From Syntrophorhabdaceae bacterium (GTDB lineage Bacteria > Desulfobacterota > Syntrophorhabdia > Syntrophorhabdales > Syntrophorhabdaceae), in NCBI GenBank assembly GCA_963666485.2, contig CAXXUO010000009.1, forward strand, positions 288,001 to 352,000: DNA of 64,000 bases, read 5' to 3'. Positions 56,659-64,000 of the stretch are shown one piece after another. Position 1 is the stretch's first letter. Each line of letters starts with the position of its first letter. The position numbers were made by a program, and so were the translations under genes. Below the pieces are notes generated by a model. That model saw nothing but the letters and a program-made list of their open reading frames with translations. It had not been told where the DNA came from and ran no database searches.

Positions 56659-58071
56659 GTGAAAAAGCTCATTCTTTTCGTTCTTTTTCTTACGATCCCG
56701 GCCGTTGTTCTCGGCGCCGCAGCGCAGTGCCCCCGCTACAGCGTTGCAATGGAGGGCACCACGGTATCCATGGGGGTATCCTACACGGAACGGGTCCTTG
56801 CCCACAAGGTCGGGGCGGGGGCGGGCTACAACGGCCGCTGGAAGGTGGATCTTTTCGAACAGGTGATCACGTATCCACGGCCCCTCGGGATCCCCCTGGC
56901 CACCGACGATATCCACGACCTCGGCAACGGGGTCGCAATGCGCAGCGTGTGCACCGCCGCCGCGAATATCATTACCTGCCGCAGCACATCCGACACGATG
57001 TTCCTCGAAGTCATCAATAACCAGGTGCGCATGGAGCGCACGGTACCGTGGCACGGGAAGGTAACGGGAAATACAATGTCCTGGAAGTTTCACCTGGAAA
57101 GCCCGACCGAGCCTCTTGTAACGGGAACCATAGCCGAAGCGCCGAAAGAACCTCTCGAACTTACCATAATCGAGCCGAAGGATAAGGCCCGCTACGTCTA
57201 TGGGACACTAAACCCGACACTTGAACTGAAACTGGAGGCAAAGACCAAACCCGAACATTACGCCGATTCGGTGGAATGGACCATCCCTCACATGGACGGG
57301 GTCACGCAGACCATTCTCCAGGGCGCCCCAACGGGCCGGAAACTGGACGTGACCTACAAGAATCTGCCAAAGGATAATGACCAGTTTGGAATGAAAAAGG
57401 TGACGGCCACCCTCAAGGTGGGGTCCTGCACCGCCACCGAAACCCGGGAGGTACGGTTTTTCTTCCCGAGAGATGCGAAGAACAACCCCGGCGGCGAACA
57501 TTACAACTGGTTCTATTACTGGAAACAAACGCCGGCGGCAAAACCTTTCGGGCAGACGATAAACATCGAATTCGGCGGCACCCAGTTTGATGTCTGCAAG
57601 GATTTCCATGTCCCGGCCATGTTCAAGCCGGCATACATGTATAAGACGATCCACATCTGCGATCTCACGGCGAAGCTCGACAACACCCTTGCAATGACCT
57701 TTCCATCGGTAAAACGCAGCGTTCCTAAGACGGTAACCGCAAAAGAGTACAGAACTACACGCCATATCGATACGTTCGCGGTCATAGTCCGCCACGAATA
57801 TATCCATTTCACCGCCTATCATAACTGGCGCGAGGGAAAGACCCTGCCGCAACTGGAAGCTCAGGACAAAGACCTCGACGGGATCCCGGACCATCTTGAA
57901 CCCGGCATGGAATTCGACCCGAACAAATTCCAGACATACTGGGGCTACGACCCCGAATGGAAGAAGATCGGGGGAGACGAAGAATTCCTCGCATATGAGG
58001 CGATGTACGATTACAAAGATGGCATCTATGATGCACATGATTGGGCAAGGCCGGGAAAAAACTGGCCTTGA
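56659..58071 (+). CDS. Hypothetical exported protein with HExxH and DxDxDG motifs
   Basis: GAGGAG RBS, signal peptide, RHEYIH, DKDLDGIPD, DEEFLA. Confidence 0.8.
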   Translation: MKKLILFVLFLTIPAVVLGAAAQCPRYSVAMEGTTVSMGVSYTERVLAHKVGAGAGYNGRWKVDLFEQVITYPRPLGIPLATDDIHDLGNGVAMRSVCTAAANIITCRSTSDTMFLEVINNQVRMERTVPWHGKVTGNTMSWKFHLESPTEPLVTGTIAEAPKEPLELTIIEPKDKARYVYGTLNPTLELKLEAKTKPEHYADSVEWTIPHMDGVTQTILQGAPTGRKLDVTYKNLPKDNDQFGMKKVTATLKVGSCTATETREVRFFFPRDAKNNPGGEHYNWFYYWKQTPAAKPFGQTINIEFGGTQFDVCKDFHVPAMFKPAYMYKTIHICDLTAKLDNTLAMTFPSVKRSVPKTVTAKEYRTTRHIDTFAVIVRHEYIHFTAYHNWREGKTLPQLEAQDKDLDGIPDHLEPGMEFDPNKFQTYWGYDPEWKKIGGDEEFLAYEAMYDYKDGIYDAHDWARPGKNWP

Positions 58072-58186
58072 TCCTCGTGCGGGGCCTCGCGTACACACTC
58101 CTTTTCGGCCTTAAATAATCCTATCTATTTGACAGGAAATTCCGTACACTAATTGCCGAAAAACGCTTTAACAGAGGAAACGGCGG

Positions 58187-58966
58187 GTGGACAAGTTTTC
58201 AGGCAAGAAATACCCTTCAGTGCGTGAGGTCACTGATACGGAACGGGTCAGTATGGTCAAGGAAATGTTCTCGACCATCACGCGAAAATACGATTTTCTT
58301 AATCACCTGCTCAGCCTGCGGCGCGATGTCGCGTGGCGGCGATTCACCGTCAAAAAGATGAATTTCCCCGGCACCGGCCGACTGCTCGACGTTGCGTGCG
58401 GTACCGGCGATCTTTCCATCGATGCGGCCCGCAGGCATAGCGGCATAAAGATAACCGGCATCGACTTCGTTTATGAAATGCTCGACGTCGGAAAGAAGAA
58501 GATCGAGCAAAAAGGCCTCGACCGCCGCATCACTCTCGCGCAGTCGGACGCCATGGACCTTCCCTTCCGCGATAACTCATTCGATATAGTCGCGGTTGCT
58601 TTCGGTGTGAGGAACATGCCGAACAGGGAAAAAGCCCTTGAGGAGATGCTCAGAGTCGTCGTGCCGGGAGGCACCGTCATGGTGCTCGAAATGACATTTA
58701 TCCAGAACCGCATGTTCAAGATAATCTATCACATCTATTTGAATTATCTTTTGCCGCGCCTTGCGAAACGCTTCTCGCCCAATCCGGCCGCATATCATTA
58801 CCTGGCAGATTCCATCATGAATTTCCCGAACCCTGATGCCTTCGCCGCCATGATGGAAGCCGCAGGAATGGTCAACGTCCAAAAATACCCTCTGACCCTC
58901 GGCGTAACGTACCTGCATACAGGCAAAAAACCCGGTTCCGGGTTCAAGGTTCAAAGTTCAACGTAA
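58187..58966 (+). CDS. ubiE: Demethylmenaquinone/ubiquinone methyltransferase UbiE/MenG
   Basis: YDFLNHLLS..WRR, LDVACGTGD, FGVRN, YHYLADSI..FP. Confidence 0.92.
   Translation: MDKFSGKKYPSVREVTDTERVSMVKEMFSTITRKYDFLNHLLSLRRDVAWRRFTVKKMNFPGTGRLLDVACGTGDLSIDAARRHSGIKITGIDFVYEMLDVGKKKIEQKGLDRRITLAQSDAMDLPFRDNSFDIVAVAFGVRNMPNREKALEEMLRVVVPGGTVMVLEMTFIQNRMFKIIYHIYLNYLLPRLAKRFSPNPAAYHYLADSIMNFPNPDAFAAMMEAAGMVNVQKYPLTLGVTYLHTGKKPGSGFKVQSST
58932..58966 (+). repeat. Short heptamer array (NNNGTTC) forming the ubiE C-terminal tail
   Basis: CCGGTTC CGGGTTC AAGGTTC AAAGTTC AACGTAA. Confidence 0.6.
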
Positions 58967-59021
58967 AAACCAACTACCGGAAAGGCTTCTTCCTATTGCC
59001 CATCGCCCATCGCCTGCCTCA

Positions 59022-59303
59022 TCATCTCCAATGCGGCGGGAGCATGCCTTTGCATTCACTGCCGGATGACTTGCAGGTCTCGATCCCCTGTTCCGTCTGG
59101 CATTTCCATTTGCACATCTTGCCTGTCGAGTTGTCGTTATATGTACCGGACTGTCCGGACCGGGCAACAGAGGTTATGCGCTGGCAGACAAGCCCGCCCG
59201 AAACATCCCGACCACATTTATATGCCTGCTGCGCCGCGACGACCGGCAGCGCTGTCGCGAGACTTGCGAGAACAAGGGCCCATAAAGAAAAATGTTTCAC
59301 CAT
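59022..59303 (-). CDS. Small exported six-cysteine protein, 93 aa
   Basis: ATG 59303 after GGAGGAG; signal peptide MVKHFSLWALVLASLATALPVVAA; 6 Cys in the mature part. Confidence 0.75.
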   Translation of the reverse strand: MVKHFSLWALVLASLATALPVVAAQQAYKCGRDVSGGLVCQRITSVARSGQSGTYNDNSTGKMCKWKCQTEQGIETCKSSGSECKGMLPPHWR

Positions 59304-59367
59304 CTCCTCCTTTTCAGAAGATCCATGGTATCGATTTGCAATAAACATTCCACTTGAAAAACCGCAA

Positions 59368-59396
59368 TTGACAGGTCCGGGGCGAAATGGTATAAG
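59368..59396 (+). promoter_or_regulatory. Putative sigma70 promoter of the TMEM175 gene
   Basis: TTGACA-N17-TATAAG with TGn extended -10. Confidence 0.55.
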
Positions 59397-59406
59397 CGTT
59401 TGAAAT

Positions 59407-60048
59407 ATGGAACATTCCGAACCTTCCGGCGACAGATTCGTTATGACGACCCACCGGATCGAGAACCTGTCTGACTCCATTTTTGCGTTTTCCATGACAC
59501 TCCTTGTCATGAATTTTACGTTTCCGTCAGGGGGGCTGCAGGCAGACAATAGCCAGGTGACCCAGTTTTTTCTGAGGGAGATCAACAAGTTCGACCGGTA
59601 TGTCCTGACGTTTGTCCTGCTCGCTATCTTCTGGATCAACCACCATCAGCAATTCCATCACATCAAGCGGGCAGATCGGCCTTTTCTCTGGATACAGTTC
59701 GCAATCCTTCTCTTCATAGTTATCGTACCTTTTACCGCCGCATGGATGAGCGCGTACAACCATCTCCATGTGACCAATCTCATATTTGACCTGAACCTTT
59801 TTATCCTTGGTTTCCTGCTCCTGGTGAGCTGGGTATATGCCACGCGCAAAAAGAGGCTGGTAGAAGAGACCATTGACGAACGCTACGTACGCGCAGGGGT
59901 AATAAAGCCTGTCATCAGCTGTTTCGCTGCCCTGGTTGCAATAGTTACTGCGTTCTTTCATCCCGGGTGGAGCAACTACGCCTTTATACTCACACCCGTC
60001 CTGATGCTGGTCATGCCCTTGGATAAGAAATGGCCGGCATCATTTTAA
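59407..60048 (+). CDS. TMEM175 family potassium channel (DUF1211)
   Basis: RIENLSDSIFAFSMTLL, FWINHHQQF, VPFT, about 6 TM helices. Confidence 0.88.
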   Translation: MEHSEPSGDRFVMTTHRIENLSDSIFAFSMTLLVMNFTFPSGGLQADNSQVTQFFLREINKFDRYVLTFVLLAIFWINHHQQFHHIKRADRPFLWIQFAILLFIVIVPFTAAWMSAYNHLHVTNLIFDLNLFILGFLLLVSWVYATRKKRLVEETIDERYVRAGVIKPVISCFAALVAIVTAFFHPGWSNYAFILTPVLMLVMPLDKKWPASF

Positions 60049-60094
60049 GATATTCGGTGCTTTAGGACTCCTTTTCAGCCGGGCGGGCCTCCAT

Positions 60095-61264
60095 TCAGCG
60101 CTGTTCTACCGCTTTTCCTTTGCCTCCCACAAGACCGTATCCTGTGCCGATAGTGTCACAGGCTATGCGATAGCTGCGCATAAGGAAGATCATCGCCGGC
60201 ATGGCTATTATGACGGGCGCAATGACAATAGCGACGAATAGGCGGTAGATGAACCCGTACATTTCGCTCGCAACAGTAAATGCATCCGGGCTTCCGAGAG
60301 CCGGCCCGTCGCTCGTCAGGTATGCCTCCACCATGTTTGCCACAATACCCCCATCCATGCAAAGGCTGAACGCCGATGCCAGCACATCGAGGATGTTGAC
60401 CGCAATGACCGGTGTCAAAGCGATGGCGAAGGCTTTGACGATGTTGCGGAAAAACACGTCCCTGCGGGCGTCGAAGGCCATATTCACCACTGAAAAAGGG
60501 AACGTGACGCAAAATATGGATGCCCGTACGGCAGCGCTTACAACAACACCGGTAAATGTGAACAAAAGGAGGGTGTAAAAGATAAACCCGGAAATGACCC
60601 CGATATTCTCGGCTACAATGCCCCTGATGATCTGCAGGATGCTTATCATGTTCCCCGTATCTATATTCACACCGATCCCGCATGTGATCACGGCCATGTA
60701 CTCCGATATCGTATAGCTGACCGCCATCAGGAACCCGCCCAGGGCAGTATTGAAAAAAGCGAGGCAGGCCAGGGGAGGGATCACCGGCAGAAGAAAGATC
60801 AGCTGTGCCAGCCGCACCTTGATCGCATCCGTCCACTTTATGCTCTGTTCAGCCAGGGGCGACGCCTCTTTGACGGCTATCAGCTGACCGGACAATTCAG
60901 GCGAATCGGAGCTCTTCTTAAGTGCCTCTTTTATCCTGTCCAGGTTTTCAAATACGGCGCCATTGCCCGCCTGTTCGAAGCCGGCGGTTATCACGATCCT
61001 GGGAAATGCCCCGATGAACGTTCCCGGCTTGCCGTCTATGCCTGCAAGGTAAGGAACCGGTGTGCATAAAGACGCAATAATTATGAATTTACTTCCCTGA
61101 TCTTTCAGGTAGGGAACAATATTTTCCCACCCTTTTCTGTACGCTGTAAAAATGACACGGGAGGACCCCATCACAAACGCAATGGCCGTGATGATGGCGG
61201 CAACCTGCTGTTCCACCTGGGAAACAAGGCCTGCAGTCTGTACGAGAAGGTCCGTCGGGTCCAT
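60095..61264 (-). CDS. Hypothetical polytopic membrane protein, possibly VirB6/TrbL-like
   Basis: 389 aa, GAGGT RBS, many hydrophobic helices, Gly-rich tail; family assignment weak. Confidence 0.65.
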   Translation of the reverse strand: MDPTDLLVQTAGLVSQVEQQVAAIITAIAFVMGSSRVIFTAYRKGWENIVPYLKDQGSKFIIIASLCTPVPYLAGIDGKPGTFIGAFPRIVITAGFEQAGNGAVFENLDRIKEALKKSSDSPELSGQLIAVKEASPLAEQSIKWTDAIKVRLAQLIFLLPVIPPLACLAFFNTALGGFLMAVSYTISEYMAVITCGIGVNIDTGNMISILQIIRGIVAENIGVISGFIFYTLLLFTFTGVVVSAAVRASIFCVTFPFSVVNMAFDARRDVFFRNIVKAFAIALTPVIAVNILDVLASAFSLCMDGGIVANMVEAYLTSDGPALGSPDAFTVASEMYGFIYRLFVAIVIAPVIIAMPAMIFLMRSYRIACDTIGTGYGLVGGKGKAVEQR

Positions 61265-61320
61265 AGCACCTCTTTACGATACGGCGGCAGCCGTTCTGAA
61301 AATGTATATAGCCTTGAAAC

Positions 61321-61361
61321 AAAAAAAGGCCGGGGAATTATCCCCGGCCTCGCGTTTTTTT
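61321..61361 (-). terminator. Intrinsic terminator after the large exported protein gene
   Basis: Minus strand AGGCCGGGGA-TAAT-TCCCCGGCCT followed by a T-tract. Confidence 0.85.
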
Positions 61362-61376
61362 CAAATTAGTAGAAGA

Positions 61377-64000
61377 TTATTTCCTCAGGTTAAACCCGCG
61401 CGGCGGGTTGCCGGGATGAGTGTCGCCTCCCTGCCATTTTCTTTTGATCACGATCGTCTTGCCGTCATCATTCCACTGGACGTGAAACGGGTAGAGCGTC
61501 CCCTGGATCTCGTTATTGTTCGTCCCGATCGTGAACGTGGCTTTCGCGGTGATCGTTCCGATCGCCTGTGACAGGCGCATGTCCTGCATATACTGGTTTA
61601 TGACCGCGGCATTCCCGAACGTCAGAATAACCGAGGCCGTGTTTCCCGATAGTGACCCGGAAACGGGAATGTTGCCGCCGGGCGTCTGCATCGAGCCGCT
61701 GACGCTGGACCCGGATTGGCTTAAGGTCATCTTCCCGTTGAACCGCCCCTTGGAATCGACGGCATTCCACGTCCCGTTCAGGGTGACAGGGGTAACGGGA
61801 ACGTTCCGGGACGTGTATACCCTGCCACTTGGCGTCGGGGCCGCAGGCTGCGTTCTCGTCGTTTGGTTTGTCGTCGTGGCCGGCGTCTGTGTGTTGCTTC
61901 CGCCTGACAGGGCATCCATCAATTCACGGAAAGGATCGGGCTGTTCGCCTTTCTTATAGACAGTGACATTATGCGACACCTGCGCAAGTTTGACGGGTTT
62001 CGGCTGGTATTTCATCCAGAGTTCCGCTGTCACGTAGTAGGTCCCGGGAGCACTGGCCGGGAGATTTACCGTATCTCGCGATGTGTATCTTCTTCCATTC
62101 ACCACCCAGCTGTAATAAAGGGCAGATGCCGGGACGTTTGTATCGCTCACGCTCGCGGTAAGGTGAACATTTTCCCCAACCTCGGCTGAAGACGGCCCGC
62201 TTACCGAGATGGACCCCTTTGCCGGGTCAGGCCCCGCTGCGGCAAAGGCACGCTGCGCCTCCCCCGCCCTGTGCCATTTGCCGGCTATCGCCTGCCATAC
62301 GACGACCTGTACAACGTTCCGGCCGGCACGGGAGACTTTCAGCGACTGGCTCTCACTGTTTCCGCCGAACCTGGCGCCATTGACGGACCACACATAACTG
62401 TACGAAGGTTCCTTGTCGCTTCTGCTGAGCTGTTTTATCCGTGTCCTGAAGGATATTTCATCGCCTACCTTCGATTCTCCCGGACCGCTCAGCTCCACCG
62501 CGATCCTGCGTTCCTCTGCGACAATCCTGTGCGTGTCCTCGCCGACAAGAATCGACTGGCGCGTGTCAGGACGGACGACATAAACGACCAGGCTCACCGT
62601 GTAGGTCCCCGCCGTAACGAGAGTTCTTTTGAACGTTGCGGCGGAACCGAGGACCGTGTTATTACCCGCAAGCCGCCATGCGTATTTGAGAGAGGGCTTT
62701 ATGGATTCCGCCGCCTCTATCTCGGACCCGAGTTCGATGGCATCACCCGTGAAGGCCTGCTCGGGCCCCGTTATTGTCACCTTCACCCGCGGCTTGAGGT
62801 TGAAGTCTACCGTTAGGGGGACCGAAGCCGATTTTTCGTCCTTCGGCTTGACCGTGATCTTCTTTGATTCAGCACCGAACCCCGACGCCTCGGCGGTCAG
62901 CGTGTACGTCCCGGGAGGGACCTCAGCGAACCGCGCCTCTCCGGAATCGCCGGTCGTCTCCGGCGACCGCGGCGACATGCGCACAGTAGCGTCGGCGACA
63001 GGTATAGACCCTGACTTGACACGTGCCGCCACGATGCTCAGTATCGGCTCCAGAGTGGCGGAGTACCTGTCGTCTCTCGATGGCGCCAGCTCGACATTGT
63101 CCGTGTATGCCAGGTAGCCTTCGGCCGTGATGCGCACCGCATATTTCGCCGGTTTGACGCCTTTTGCGGTCACGAAGCCGTCCGCCCCCGTGGTACCGCT
63201 TAACCGGACTTCTCCCGTAAGCGTCACATGCGCGCCGCCGACCGGTTTTCCGGAGCTGTCCCTGACCTCTATCTTTATGGCCTTCAGGTTCGTCTTTGTT
63301 TTTTCTACCAGCTCCCGGTTCGCTTCATCCAGATCTTTTTTCGTGACCCCTTCATCAGACGAGAAACTGTTGTAGCCCTGATGTTTGTTCATCAGTTTGC
63401 CCCAGTCCTCTGTCTTTATGCCATTCCATGAACTGTTATCGAAATTCTTGAAATTCCCTTCCGAACCCCCGTGCGACCACAGGTCAAAAGAATACGGGAT
63501 GCCATCGATAACAACGACCGGTGCGACATGGTTAATATTGACGTCAAAGATATATCCCCTGTTGAGCGCCTGCCAGCCATCCTTGTACCCGACGACGGAG
63601 TGTATCTGCCCCGGGTCGAATCCCGAACCTTTGAGCGCTTCCGTCACGGCATCATTGAGGTACCCGCAGGTCGCCGCCTCACTGTTGCCATACCTGAGCG
63701 AGGCGTCAATACGGCCGATCAGCGATGTATTGGGGGTTATCCCTCTCCGGTCGAGTTCTTTAGCGACCTGTGTCGTGATGTAGCGCGCCTTTTCGAGTTC
63801 ATTGGCCGGGGCTGTCGCTTTGAGTTGTTCCCCGAATTTTTTCCAGTCCGCAGCTGTGGGGACCTGATTTTTCAGGCTCTGCGAATCTATCGGCTGATAC
63901 CCGTGATCTTTTCTGATATCGCTGGGCAGGGGCCTTTCTCCGCGAGAGGGCTCCGGTGCCGTCATGAAGAGCACGGCCACTCCAAGGGCCAGAATGATGC
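61377..64000 (-). CDS. Large exported multidomain protein: putative Cys-His-Asp domain, carboxypeptidase-regulatory-like and PKD/Ig-like repeats; 5' end outside the window
   Basis: Frame open to the window edge (..IILALGVAVLFMTA, signal peptide); VRDSSGKPVGGAHV / TTGADG repeats; three [IL]xGP..G[DE]...Y.W Ig-like units; Thr-rich linker. Confidence 0.85.
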   Translation of the reverse strand, partial: IILALGVAVLFMTAPEPSRGERPLPSDIRKDHGYQPIDSQSLKNQVPTAADWKKFGEQLKATAPANELEKARYITTQVAKELDRRGITPNTSLIGRIDASLRYGNSEAATCGYLNDAVTEALKGSGFDPGQIHSVVGYKDGWQALNRGYIFDVNINHVAPVVVIDGIPYSFDLWSHGGSEGNFKNFDNSSWNGIKTEDWGKLMNKHQGYNSFSSDEGVTKKDLDEANRELVEKTKTNLKAIKIEVRDSSGKPVGGAHVTLTGEVRLSGTTGADGFVTAKGVKPAKYAVRITAEGYLAYTDNVELAPSRDDRYSATLEPILSIVAARVKSGSIPVADATVRMSPRSPETTGDSGEARFAEVPPGTYTLTAEASGFGAESKKITVKPKDEKSASVPLTVDFNLKPRVKVTITGPEQAFTGDAIELGSEIEAAESIKPSLKYAWRLAGNNTVLGSAATFKRTLVTAGTYTVSLVVYVVRPDTRQSILVGEDTHRIVAEERRIAVELSGPGESKVGDEISFRTRIKQLSRSDKEPSYSYVWSVNGARFGGNSESQSLKVSRAGRNVVQVVVWQAIAGKWHRAGEAQRAFAAAGPDPAKGSISVSGPSSAEVGENVHLTASVSDTNVPASALYYSWVVNGRRYTSRDTVNLPASAPGTYYVTAELWMKYQPKPVKLAQVSHNVTVYKKGEQPDPFRELMDALSGGSNTQTPATTTNQTTRTQPAAPTPSGRVYTSRNVPVTPVTLNGTWNAVDSKGRFNGKMTLSQSGSSVSGSMQTPGGNIPVSGSLSGNTASVILTFGNAAVINQYMQDMRLSQAIGTITAKATFTIGTNNNEIQGTLYPFHVQWNDDGKTIVIKRKWQGGDTHPGNPPRGFNLRK

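Overview
Core-chromosome segment of an anaerobic Desulfobacterota ('deltaproteobacterial') genome; the gene content suggests a Syntrophorhabdus-like organism (inference). Most of the window is housekeeping: recD2, rel, rpmB, a 2-oxoacid:ferredoxin oxidoreductase operon, lysR-tolB-pal-cpoB, the tRNA(Thr-Tyr-Gly-Thr)-tuf-rpmG-tRNA(Trp)-secE-nusG-rplKAJL-rpoBC cluster, rpsT, the xerC-hslVU-argBDFG-leuS-lptE operon, der, a Lon-like protease and ubiE. No transposase, CRISPR array, rRNA or prophage is visible. Four things stand out. (1) An unannotated candidate sigma54-dependent small RNA at about 45711-45809, with enhancer-like palindromes, a perfect -24/-12 promoter, a C-rich anti-SD hairpin and a terminator. 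(2) A translationally coupled CHASE2 adenylate cyclase / SH3 / M48 lipoprotein peptidase module, followed by an uncharacterised secreted HExxH protein. It lies near other unexplained exported proteins: a putative Cys-His-Asp enzyme with Ig-like repeats, a six-Cys mini-protein and an orphan VirB6-like membrane protein. (3) A family of in-phase 7-bp repeat arrays at gene 3' ends, including a perfect (CGGCTAA)24. (4) Small palindromic elements and a DnaA-box-like cluster. All protein calls come from motif recognition by eye, with no database searches.
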